A program made the translations under genes and the position numbers. A stretch of DNA of 64,000 bases from an uncultured Flavobacteriales bacterium (GTDB taxonomy: Bacteria > Bacteroidota > Bacteroidia > Flavobacteriales > BACL11), in contig CAJWRW010000001.1 in NCBI GenBank assembly GCA_913046315.1, positions 14,456 through 78,455 on the forward strand. Direction: 5' to 3'. The notes beneath the pieces were generated by a model that worked only from the letters and a program-made list of their open reading frames with translations, had not been told where the DNA came from and made no database searches. Positions 8,582 through 17,196 of the stretch are shown piece by piece; position 1 is the first letter of the stretch; each line of letters begins with the position of its first letter.

Positions 8582-10474
8582 ATGAAAAAAATTCTACACA
8601 TCACAACATTCATGTTAGCTTCATTGCTTTCATTCGGACAGCTTTCTGTCACCTCTTTTGAGGTAGAAAGTAAAGCGACTACAAAACAAAGTCCAATGCC
8701 AGAGATAAAATCAGCAACTCCTTTTTGGTCAGAAGATTTTGCAAATGGTATTCCAGCTACTTGGACTAATTCAACTGCACCATGGGTATATAGAGGTCCA
8801 AGTACAAATCCAGGGGTCACTGTTGGGAGTCAGGGGGCTTATTCCGGGAATAGTAGTCCTATTGCTTCTTCAACAGCGAGTAATGGATTTATAATTTTTG
8901 ATTCAGATTATTATGATAATAATGGTGTTCCAGGAAATATGGGTTCCGGATTGTACCCTACACCTCACAACGGTAATTTAAAAACAGGCTCTATAGATTT
9001 AAGTCAGTACACAGATGTGACTGTAAGGATGCATAGTTATTTTCGCACATTTCAAGGTCAGGCTTTTCTGAATTTCTATGTAAATGGTGTCTATAATTCT
9101 CAAGTTGAGGTTCATGCAGATCTTGATGTTAATGATGCTACTACTACTGATGCTATTGCTCTTGCTCGTCTACCAATTGGTGTTGCCGGAAATTCGGATG
9201 TTCAGATAGAGTTTCAGTTTGAAGGAACGACTCAAGCTAATGTTAATGGTAGTGGTTATTATTTTTGGATACTTGATGATATTGAATTAATGGAAACACC
9301 TGCTCATTTAATGGAAGTTACTGATGTTGTTCATGGAGGATGGAATTCAATTCCTGTAACACAAGGCTTTAGCATGGATTATACTTTTAAGCCTCTTATT
9401 CAATCGAATGCTAATCCATATACTTTTGAAATGATTATTGCTAATATTGGTAGTGATTCTTTAACTGGTGCTCAAATGAATATTGAAGTATTTGATGATA
9501 TTCAAATGTCTGTTTTTAGTTCTAATTCAGCACCAACTATATTAGCAAAATATGATACAGCAGTGTTTGTTGCGCAACAAACTTATGCTCCTGCAAGTAT
9601 GGGAATATACAATATGCGTTTCTGGGGAAGCTCAGATAGTATTTCTTATACTGACACTACATATATGCAAGCGATTATTACTGATACAGTATATGGAAGG
9701 GATTATGGTAATCCTTCAGGGTCTTGGAGAGTTGGAAGGCAATGTGGAGGTTTACAAGTAGGAAATATATTTGATGTATATGCAGCTGATGATTTAACAT
9801 CTGTTTCAGCTCATGTTGCTGGTTATTCACAAGTAAATGCAAAAATGTTTGGTGTATTGTATGAGGTAGACACCACTTCTAGTCCTATGAGTTTTATTTT
9901 TTTAGCTCAAACAGATGATTATGTGATTCAGGCTAATGATACAGGTGCATGGGTAACTATTCCTTTTAATTCCGCTATTTCTATTGATCCTCAATTCGGG
10001 CAGCAATATATGATTGCAATTGGAGGTTATTCACATCCACTTGATACTTTTGGGATAAGCGTTTCTGGTGAAGCAGAAGTTTCTATGTCTAGAATTCAAG
10101 ATAATGGCTGTAATTTAGGTACCCAAGCATTTGGTTATTGGTATTGGGTTTCAGAAACGCCAATGGTTCGAATGAATTTCGGTACGCCTTGGACAGTACC
10201 ATCTAATATTGAAGAGGCTTCTTTAAATGGAAGCTTAAGCATTTATCCTAATCCTACAAATGGTGTATTCACAATTGAAATGCGTGATATGAAAACGGAT
10301 GTTTATACCATAAAAGTAACAAATGTATTAGGGCAAAAAGTTTTTGAAAGTGCTAATTCAGTTAGTGGTTTACACAAAGAAAATATTGATTTATCGGCTT
10401 TTCAAAAAGGAGTTTATTTAATTGAAATCAAAAATTCAACTGCTACTATAACAGAAAGAATTATTGTAGAGTAA
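8582..10474 (+). CDS. secreted protein with T9SS type-A C-terminal sorting domain (paralog A; N-terminal region resembles the choice-of-anchor-J type)
   Basis: Signal peptide MKKILHITTFMLASLLSFGQ. N-terminal FWSEDFANGIPATWTN ... YYFWILDDIEL module. C-terminal LSIYPNPTNGVFTIE ... GVYLIEIK ... IIVE is typical of Por_Secre_tail sorting domains. Colinear with the next gene. Confidence 0.85.
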   Translation: MKKILHITTFMLASLLSFGQLSVTSFEVESKATTKQSPMPEIKSATPFWSEDFANGIPATWTNSTAPWVYRGPSTNPGVTVGSQGAYSGNSSPIASSTASNGFIIFDSDYYDNNGVPGNMGSGLYPTPHNGNLKTGSIDLSQYTDVTVRMHSYFRTFQGQAFLNFYVNGVYNSQVEVHADLDVNDATTTDAIALARLPIGVAGNSDVQIEFQFEGTTQANVNGSGYYFWILDDIELMETPAHLMEVTDVVHGGWNSIPVTQGFSMDYTFKPLIQSNANPYTFEMIIANIGSDSLTGAQMNIEVFDDIQMSVFSSNSAPTILAKYDTAVFVAQQTYAPASMGIYNMRFWGSSDSISYTDTTYMQAIITDTVYGRDYGNPSGSWRVGRQCGGLQVGNIFDVYAADDLTSVSAHVAGYSQVNAKMFGVLYEVDTTSSPMSFIFLAQTDDYVIQANDTGAWVTIPFNSAISIDPQFGQQYMIAIGGYSHPLDTFGISVSGEAEVSMSRIQDNGCNLGTQAFGYWYWVSETPMVRMNFGTPWTVPSNIEEASLNGSLSIYPNPTNGVFTIEMRDMKTDVYTIKVTNVLGQKVFESANSVSGLHKENIDLSAFQKGVYLIEIKNSTATITERIIVE

Positions 10475-10499
10475 CAATACAATAGTGATTTAATTAAAA

Positions 10500-10528
10500 C
10501 CCCTGGCATTTGGCAGGGGTTTTTTTTT
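10500..10528 (+). terminator. rho-independent terminator after paralog A
   Basis: Stem CCCCTG (10500-10505) pairs with CAGGGG (10514-10519), followed by a 9-nt T tract (10520-10528). Confidence 0.8.
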
Positions 10529-10543
10529 ATCAAAAATTTACTT

Positions 10544-10551
10544 TAAGTTTG
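10544..10551 (+). promoter_or_regulatory. candidate -7 box (TAAGTTTG) for T9SS paralog B
   Basis: Exact TAnnTTTG match 22 nt upstream of the ATG at 10574. The leader CAACTAAAAAATAAA resembles the leader of paralog A. Confidence 0.35.
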
Positions 10552-10573
10552 CTCTCCAACTAAAAAATAAATC

Positions 10574-12418
10574 ATGAAAAAAACATTACTCTTTTTAGCC
10601 ATTTTATTTTCAGTATCATTAGTGGCTCAACAAAATTCCCCAGATAGAATTCAAACAAATAAAATTAAGAAACTAAGCCCATCTTTCGCCAAAAGCCAAA
10701 CACCTATTTGGACTGAAGATTTTGCAAATGGGTTTCCAGCAGGTTGGAGTACTTATACCAATAATGCAGCTGGAGGTTTAGCTACTTGCCCATGGAAACA
10801 CTCTTATGTGGGTTCTTGGGGGTATTGGAATACTAATCAAGGAGCATCTCCTGCAGCCGCTATAAATTCAACAACTGCTGCTAATGGCTTTTTGATCTGT
10901 GACCCTGATTCTGCTAATCATTGGAATTACGGACAACCTTCAGGAACTACTTATGAGTATATTGAGTCTTATTTTACTACAAGTGCAATTGATTTGTCGG
11001 GTTATCCTAATGTGAGTTTGGAATTTCAACAAACTTTCAGGTTTAATAATGGTTTGAATTTAAAAGTATCAATTTCAAATGATAGTTTGATGTGGACTGA
11101 TTATAATGTGCAAGGTAATGCAACTAACAATAGCCAATCTTCTGATCCACAATTTGTAAGTTTGAATATTTCATCTGTTGCGGGAAATTCTTCTAGTGTT
11201 TACATAAGGATTGGTTGGGAAGCTAGGGTTTATTATTGGATGATTGACGATATGCAGATTGTAGAAACACCAGCAAATAAGATAGAATTATTAGAAGCAA
11301 ATCATGGAGGTTGGTATACCACTGCTACCTCTCAAGGTTTCGCATTAGGATATAAATTTTATCCTATGAATCAAGCCATTGCCAATCCTTACAAATTTGA
11401 GGGGGTTGTTGCTAATTTAGGAGCGCTTACACAAAACACAAGATTGAATGTAGAAGCACTTGATGATATTGGTGCTTCTGTTTTCTCTTCAACAAGTAAT
11501 GATACGCTACTCGCTACTATGGACACTAATATATTTGTCGCGAATAATGCTTTTACACCCTCAAATACAGGCTTGTATAATTTTTACACTTGGAGTTCTT
11601 CCGATTCTACCCAAACAGATACTATCAATACTTCTTCAATTGTTACCGATAGTGTTTATGGTCGTGATTTTGATAATTATCAGTCTTATTGGAGAGTAGG
11701 TAGAAATTGTGGTGGTATGGTTTTAGGAACCTATTATGATGTTTATGACACAGACAATCTAACTTCTATTTCAGCTTATGTGTCTCCAATTTCAGTTCCA
11801 GGAGCAAAGATTTTTGCAGCAGTATATGAAATTGACACTAACAATGATAAAATTTGGCTTACTCAATCAGATGACTATACCATTCAGACTACTGATTTGG
11901 ACAATTGGGTAACTTTTGAAATTCCAGGAGGAGTGAATCTGATGGCCGGTAGTAGTTATATGGCTGCTATTGGAGGCTATGCGCACCCTGTCGATACTTC
12001 TGCTATTGGAGTTTCTGGGGATGCTTGGACAAGCACTTGTTATATTCAAGACAATGGTTGTAATATTGGAAGTCAAGGATTTGGAGATTGGTATTGGATA
12101 AGCAAAGTGCCAATGATTAGAATGAATTTTGGAAATGTTTGGACTACTGGAATTCAAGATAAGTCATCTATAAATCAGATTAGTGTTTATCCTAACCCTA
12201 CTAGCGATAAAGTAACAATAAGTTTCAATAATAATAAAGCAGAACAACTTTCTATATCTCTTAAAAATGTTTTGGGTAAAACAATTTTTAGCAATAAACA
12301 ATCCATTGCTGTTAACGCAAAGCAAGTGATTGATTTAACTACTTTTTCAAAGGGAGTTTATATATTGGAAATTAGTACTGAAAAGGATAGCTTTTATGAG
12401 CAACTTATAGTTGAATAA
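10574..12418 (+). CDS. secreted protein with T9SS type-A C-terminal sorting domain (paralog B)
   Basis: Signal peptide MKKTLLFLAILFSVSLVAQ. IWTEDFANGFPAGWST ... YYWMIDDMQI module. C-terminal ISVYPNPTSDKVTISF ... GVYILEIS ... LIVE. Roughly 40 percent identical to paralog A over the full length, by eye. Confidence 0.85.
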   Translation: MKKTLLFLAILFSVSLVAQQNSPDRIQTNKIKKLSPSFAKSQTPIWTEDFANGFPAGWSTYTNNAAGGLATCPWKHSYVGSWGYWNTNQGASPAAAINSTTAANGFLICDPDSANHWNYGQPSGTTYEYIESYFTTSAIDLSGYPNVSLEFQQTFRFNNGLNLKVSISNDSLMWTDYNVQGNATNNSQSSDPQFVSLNISSVAGNSSSVYIRIGWEARVYYWMIDDMQIVETPANKIELLEANHGGWYTTATSQGFALGYKFYPMNQAIANPYKFEGVVANLGALTQNTRLNVEALDDIGASVFSSTSNDTLLATMDTNIFVANNAFTPSNTGLYNFYTWSSSDSTQTDTINTSSIVTDSVYGRDFDNYQSYWRVGRNCGGMVLGTYYDVYDTDNLTSISAYVSPISVPGAKIFAAVYEIDTNNDKIWLTQSDDYTIQTTDLDNWVTFEIPGGVNLMAGSSYMAAIGGYAHPVDTSAIGVSGDAWTSTCYIQDNGCNIGSQGFGDWYWISKVPMIRMNFGNVWTTGIQDKSSINQISVYPNPTSDKVTISFNNNKAEQLSISLKNVLGKTIFSNKQSIAVNAKQVIDLTTFSKGVYILEISTEKDSFYEQLIVE

Positions 12419-12423
12419 CTTGC

Positions 12424-13107
12424 ATGAAAACAGCAGTTTTACTATCTGGTTGTGGCGTTTTTGATGGAACAGAGATTCATGAAGCAGTATTTTCTCTTTT
12501 AGCGCTTGCTCAAAACAATTTGGATTGTGTTTGTGTTGCTCCAGACATTCAGCATAATCATGTACTCAATTACACCAACGGAGAAGAGTTAAATGAAGAA
12601 AGAAATGTATTGCTTGAATCCTCTCGAATTGCAAGAGGAGCAATTGTTTCTCTTGCAGACCTGCATTATAATGAGATTTCTTCATTAGTTATTCCTGGCG
12701 GTTTTGGCGTAGCTAAAAACTTGAGTGATTGGGCTTTCAAAGGCCCTGAGGGGCATGTGTTGGAAGAGGTAAAAGATTTGATTTTACATTGTGTGGAAAA
12801 TAAAAAACCAATAGTTGCGCTTTGTATTTCTCCTACACTTATTGCGAAGTGCTTATCAGCAAGTAAGTTCGAGCCGCAACTAACATTAGGCACAACAGCT
12901 GATAAATCGGAATACAGTATTGCTGAGATCAATCAAGCAATTACTTCTCTTGGTGCAAAAACTAATGAAAAAACAATACAAGAGATTTGTGTAGATGAAG
13001 ACCTAAAAATCATCTCGGCTCCATGTTATATGATGGATGCAAGCATCGAGGAAGTTTATGAAAATGTAAAATTGGCAATTGAAAAACTTGCCAATTTTTT
13101 AGCATAA
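12424..13107 (+). CDS. elbB: DJ-1/PfpI-superfamily protein, ElbB-like (isoprenoid biosynthesis protein / glyoxalase-type)
   Basis: N-terminus MKTAVLLSGCGVFDGTEIHEAV and nucleophile-elbow VALCISP are characteristic of ElbB homologs. Confidence 0.8.
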   Translation: MKTAVLLSGCGVFDGTEIHEAVFSLLALAQNNLDCVCVAPDIQHNHVLNYTNGEELNEERNVLLESSRIARGAIVSLADLHYNEISSLVIPGGFGVAKNLSDWAFKGPEGHVLEEVKDLILHCVENKKPIVALCISPTLIAKCLSASKFEPQLTLGTTADKSEYSIAEINQAITSLGAKTNEKTIQEICVDEDLKIISAPCYMMDASIEEVYENVKLAIEKLANFLA

Positions 13108-13134
13108 AAAAACCCTGCTTTTGCAGGGTTTTTT
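13106..13134. terminator. bidirectional intrinsic terminator shared by elbB (+) and tRNA-Phe (-)
   Basis: A tract 13106-13112. Stem CCCTGC (13113-13118), loop TTTT, stem GCAGGG (13123-13128). T tract 13129-13134. This gives a U tract on either strand. Confidence 0.8.
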
Positions 13135-13144
13135 ATTAAAGCTG

Positions 13145-13217
13145 TGGTGCCACCAGGAATCGAACCGGGGACACAAGGATTTTCAGTCCTTTGCTCTACC
13201 AACTGAGCTATGGCACC
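13145..13217 (-). tRNA. tRNA-Phe (anticodon GAA)
   Basis: Reverse complement is GGTGCCA TA GCTC AGTTGGTA GAGC A AAGGA CTGAAAA TCCTT GTGTC CCCGG TTCGATT CCTGG TGGCACC A. The cloverleaf folds with 7-bp acceptor, 4-bp D and 5-bp anticodon stems. There is one C51:U63 mismatch in the T stem. CCA is not encoded. Confidence 0.93.
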
Positions 13218-13233
13218 AAGCCAAATAAGGCTG

Positions 13234-13241
13234 CAAATTTA
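13234..13241 (-). promoter_or_regulatory. candidate -7 box (TAAATTTG on minus strand) for tRNA-Phe
   Basis: Plus strand CAAATTTA is the reverse complement of TAnnTTTG. It lies 16 nt upstream of the mature tRNA 5' end. Confidence 0.35.
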
Positions 13242-13326
13242 ATCGTTTTTTTCTTTTGGCGAAATATTTTTTTGTTTTCATCTGCTCCCCCTTCTAATTG
13301 TTTAATTTTACTCTCAAATATTTTTA

Positions 13327-14043
13327 ATGAATTTAGTTGTTGACATAGGGAATACTGTTAGTAAAGCTGCATTGTTTGAAGACCAAAAACTAATAAAAAA
13401 ACAAACTTTTCTTGAACTAAACCTTCAAGATTTAATTCACTTTACTAATTCTATTAAACTATCAAATTGCATTATTTCATCAGTCCAAAAGAAAAATCAG
13501 AACATAGAAGCTATAGCAAAACATTTTAAGGCATTGTATTTTTCGCATAAAACTCCTGTCCCTATACCAATCAGTTACAAAACGCCTACAACTTTAGGGA
13601 CAGATAGAATAGCAGCTATTGTTGGAGCAAATGAAGAATTTCCAAATCAAAATCTACTAAGTATAGATGCAGGGAGTTGCATTACTTACGATTATTTTCT
13701 AGACGAAAGTTATGTAGGTGGTCGTATCAGCCCAGGATTGAAGATGCGTTTTTCCGCTTTACATAAGTTTACCAATCAACTACCTAAAGTAGATTCAGCT
13801 GACTTACATTTTAAGAAAGGAACTGATACAAATTCATCTATAATTGCTGGTGTACAGCAAGGTGCAATTGATGAGATGGATGCAGTAATTACCGATTTTA
13901 CAAAAGAAAATCAAGATGCTGTCGTTATATTGAGCGGAGGAGATGGTAATTTCTTTGAAAAACACTTAAAAAATAGCATATTTGCAGATCCTTTAATTGT
14001 ACTAAAAGGGTTAAATATAATTCTTGAATTCAATGCCAAATAA
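13327..14043 (+). CDS. coaX: type III pantothenate kinase
   Basis: N-terminal VVDIGNT, GTDR and GGD motifs of the CoaX/Bvg accessory factor family; about 240 aa. Confidence 0.9.
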   Translation: MNLVVDIGNTVSKAALFEDQKLIKKQTFLELNLQDLIHFTNSIKLSNCIISSVQKKNQNIEAIAKHFKALYFSHKTPVPIPISYKTPTTLGTDRIAAIVGANEEFPNQNLLSIDAGSCITYDYFLDESYVGGRISPGLKMRFSALHKFTNQLPKVDSADLHFKKGTDTNSSIIAGVQQGAIDEMDAVITDFTKENQDAVVILSGGDGNFFEKHLKNSIFADPLIVLKGLNIILEFNAK

Positions 14044-15310
14044 TACAGTTTTATTTTTCTTATTTCTTTTATTCTTTTCGTCAGCAAATATTTCAGCTCA
14101 AAATCAGCAAAACTCACCTTATTCTCGTTTTGGAATAGGTGATTTGCAAACCAATGTTTTGTCAGAATATGCTGCAATGGGTGGGTGTGCTATTGCAAGT
14201 TTTAATCCTAACATTACCAACCCTTACAATCCAGCTTCTTATACTGCATTTAAAAAGAATTCCTTTCTTTTTTCAGCAGGAGGAAGGCATCAAACTACCA
14301 AAATGCAAACCACTAGTCTAGAGCAAATAACAAATAACTCTACATTTTCCCATCTGATTTTAGGATTCCCAATCTCTAAAAAAATTGGAGCTAGTGCTGG
14401 ACTTTTACCTTATAGTAATATTGGTTACAATATTGAAGACACCGAAAACAATCCTGATTTAGGAGGGGTAAATTATTCTTATATTGGAGATGGAGGTTTA
14501 AGTGTATTGTATGTCGGAAGCGCTTACCAATTGAGCGAGAACCTATCTGTTGGGGCAAATGCCAATTATTTATTTGGTGGCATTAATAGAAATAAAAAGG
14601 TAATTTTTACAGATGGACAATCCTTTAATACGCGTAAAACATCCTCTATTTCAGCAAAAGGATTTTTCTATCAGTTGGGCCTTGTCTACAATAAAAAGAT
14701 GAATAAGAAAAGGAATCTTACTTTAGGAATTAGTGCGAATAATAATGCGAAAATTTCTGCAAAACAGACTTTGCTTACAGAAACATATCAATTGCAATCC
14801 TCTCTTTATGAGGTGGTAAAAGATACAGTAGAGAATAGCGCAACAGGATTTACAAATAGTATGGTTTTGCCAAAAAATATTGCTGCAGGAATTGCTGTAG
14901 AGATAGATAAAAAGTGGCTGTTAATGGCAGATTTCTCAATTCAAGATTGGTTTCAGTATCGATTGTTTGGAGAGTCAGATTCATTAGCCAATAGTATTCG
15001 TATTGCTGCAGGAATGCAATATATAGCCGATCATGATGCCATAAATAAATATTGGAAACTTGTCAAATTCCGATTTGGAGGAAAATATGAGCAAACGTAT
15101 TTGCAACTGTACAACACACAGCTCAATGAAAAAAGTGTAAGTTTTGGATTAGGTCTGCCATTGTTAAAAACAAAATCGGAAATAAATTTTTCGGTAGAGG
15201 TAGGGCAAAGAGGAACAACAAATAATAATTTAATAAAAGAGCAGTTTTTACGTTTTCAAATAGGATTAAGTCTTAGCGATATTTGGTTCGTAAAACGAAA
15301 ATACGATTAA
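14033..15310 (+). CDS. uncharacterised outer-membrane beta-barrel-like protein
   Basis: Signal peptide ending SSANISAQ. Rich in Gly/aromatic alternating strands (SPYSRFGIGDL, GLGLPL). The ATG at 14033 overlaps the coaX stop by 11 nt; the ORF-track TTG is at 14024. No family recognised with certainty. Confidence 0.6.
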   Translation: MPNNTVLFFLFLLFFSSANISAQNQQNSPYSRFGIGDLQTNVLSEYAAMGGCAIASFNPNITNPYNPASYTAFKKNSFLFSAGGRHQTTKMQTTSLEQITNNSTFSHLILGFPISKKIGASAGLLPYSNIGYNIEDTENNPDLGGVNYSYIGDGGLSVLYVGSAYQLSENLSVGANANYLFGGINRNKKVIFTDGQSFNTRKTSSISAKGFFYQLGLVYNKKMNKKRNLTLGISANNNAKISAKQTLLTETYQLQSSLYEVVKDTVENSATGFTNSMVLPKNIAAGIAVEIDKKWLLMADFSIQDWFQYRLFGESDSLANSIRIAAGMQYIADHDAINKYWKLVKFRFGGKYEQTYLQLYNTQLNEKSVSFGLGLPLLKTKSEINFSVEVGQRGTTNNNLIKEQFLRFQIGLSLSDIWFVKRKYD

Positions 15311-15313
15311 AAG

Positions 15314-16603
15314 ATGAAAAGAAATTTAGCAATTTTATTTTGCATATTGTTTTTAGCTGATGGTTTAAAAGCGCAAAGTAAATATGGAGCAGATAGCGTG
15401 AATTGTGTAATGAACCTTTCTCTATACAGAGAGTATTACAAGCAAAAAAATTATGATGATGCGCTAAAACCATGGCGGTGGGTTTACAATAATTGCCCTT
15501 CTTCAAGCGGCAACATTTTTAAAAATGGACCAACTCTAATCAAGTACATGATTAAAAAGCATGCTGAAAAAAAGACAGCTTATACCGATACCCTCATGAT
15601 GATTTATGATAAAAGGATTCAATTTTTCGGCAAAGAAGGCTATGTACTTGGTAGAAAAGGAGCGGATTTAATTAAGTATGCTCCAGATAGATTTGAACAA
15701 GCTCATGCTATATTATCAAAATCTATTGATATACAAGGAAATCAATCGGAGGCTGGCACATTATTGGCCTATTTTAAGGCAACTACTTTGATGGAGAAAA
15801 ATTCAAAAGTAGATAAGCAGATAGTTTTAGAAAGCTATGCAAGGGTTGCTGAAATTGCCGATTACAATATCAGTAATAATTCAAAAAAAGATAAATATGT
15901 TCAGGCTTCAGATATTATAGAATCTCTATTTGCTCCTTATGCCAATTGTAATGATTTGGTTCAGATTTTTGCTGCAAAGTTTGATGCTTCAACAGAAGAT
16001 GTTGATTTTCTAACAAGAATTACTAAACTTTTAGATAGCAAAGAATGCACAAATAATCAACTTTATTTTGATGCAGCAACTAGATTGCACGAACTTTCTC
16101 CATCTGCACTTTCTGCTAGTAAAATGGGAAAGTTGAACATTGCGAAAAAGGATTATATTACTGCAGTGAATTATTTTAAGCAAGCAGTAGAATTGGAGGA
16201 AGACGCAAATACACAAGCACGATATTACCTTGAATTGACTGATGCTTATCGACTTTTAGGCTCCTATTCCAAAGCAAGAATGATGGCCTTCAAATCAGCA
16301 GAATTGCGTCCGGATTGGGGAGAGCCATACATTAGTATTGCTAATATTTACATCTCTTCTGCTAACAAATGTTCTTCTTCCGAATTTGAGAAGGAAACTG
16401 TTTATTGGGTTGCAGTAGATAAGTTCATTAAAGCAAAATTAGTTGATGCAACACTTACTGAAAAAGCTAATAAGGCGATTGCTACCTATTCAAAATATTT
16501 CCCAAATACTGAAACCTGCTTTTTTAAAGGTGTTGAATCAGGGCAAAATTATAAGGTAGAGTGCTGGATAAATGAAACCACCAAAGTAAGAACAAGAGAT
16601 TGA
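15314..16603 (+). CDS. secreted tetratricopeptide-repeat (TPR)-like protein
   Basis: Signal peptide MKRNLAILFCILFLADGLKAQ. Helical-repeat composition with TPR-like segments (AVNYFKQAVELEEDANTQARYYLELTDAYRLLGSY). Starts 3 nt after the upstream stop. Confidence 0.6.
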   Translation: MKRNLAILFCILFLADGLKAQSKYGADSVNCVMNLSLYREYYKQKNYDDALKPWRWVYNNCPSSSGNIFKNGPTLIKYMIKKHAEKKTAYTDTLMMIYDKRIQFFGKEGYVLGRKGADLIKYAPDRFEQAHAILSKSIDIQGNQSEAGTLLAYFKATTLMEKNSKVDKQIVLESYARVAEIADYNISNNSKKDKYVQASDIIESLFAPYANCNDLVQIFAAKFDASTEDVDFLTRITKLLDSKECTNNQLYFDAATRLHELSPSALSASKMGKLNIAKKDYITAVNYFKQAVELEEDANTQARYYLELTDAYRLLGSYSKARMMAFKSAELRPDWGEPYISIANIYISSANKCSSSEFEKETVYWVAVDKFIKAKLVDATLTEKANKAIATYSKYFPNTETCFFKGVESGQNYKVECWINETTKVRTRD

Positions 16604-17172
16604 AAAAATTAACTAGAATAAACTGTTTGCAATTTTTTGTATTTTTTTTCTTGCTTTTGTCTTCTTGCAGTAACGATCCTAAAGAAGTAGAAACTTATGT
16701 TAGTAATGCAGACATGCCAATTGAAGTGATAAAAGAAGCAGAATTAATCTACACTGAGCAAGGCAAAATCAAAGTAAAAATAATGGCAGAAAAGATTGAA
16801 AGATTTCTCAATCAGAATCCGTCTGTCTATTTTTCTAATGGTGTGCTTGTACATTTTTATAATGATTCTGCAAACATTACCTCTACACTTACTGCAGAAC
16901 AAGCTTCTATTGATGATAAAAATCAGCAAATGATGGCTAAAATAAATGTCGAACTGATTAACCAAAAAGAAGAAAAACTCAATACAGAACAGCTTATTTG
17001 GGATGAGAAATCAAACTTAATTTTTACAAAAAAATCAGTTAGTATCGCAACAAAAGATGAGGTGATTTTTGGAGATGGATTTGAATCTACTACTGATTTC
17101 TCAAGCTATAAAATTACAAATGTAAGAGGAAGTATCAATATCAATGAGAGCAATGATAGTTTGCTTAGATGA
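16600..17172 (+). CDS. lptC: LPS export system protein LptC-like lipoprotein
   Basis: Lipobox LLLSSC. Size and beta-jellyroll-like sequence (KIKVKIMAEKIERF ... VHFYNDS ... LIWDEKSNLIFT) are typical of Bacteroidota LptC. The TTG start overlaps the upstream TGA (TTGA). Confidence 0.7.
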   Translation: MKKLTRINCLQFFVFFFLLLSSCSNDPKEVETYVSNADMPIEVIKEAELIYTEQGKIKVKIMAEKIERFLNQNPSVYFSNGVLVHFYNDSANITSTLTAEQASIDDKNQQMMAKINVELINQKEEKLNTEQLIWDEKSNLIFTKKSVSIATKDEVIFGDGFESTTDFSSYKITNVRGSININESNDSLLR

Positions 17173-17196
17173 TTTTTTCTTAATTTTACATAATAA

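Noticed and set aside
8560-8820. 86-aa minus-strand ORF overlapping the 5' end of T9SS paralog A, and other ORFs embedded in the paralogs (9552-9761, 11460-11699, 11867-12157).
   Set aside because: They lie within the clearly coding, paralog-conserved frames and have no independent support. The conservation between the two paralogs is in the annotated frame only.
13100-13330. tRNA-Phe locus considered as an integration hotspot or genomic-island boundary.
   Set aside because: No integrase, no direct repeat of the tRNA 3' end and no obvious compositional shift. Both flanks carry housekeeping genes (elbB, coaX).
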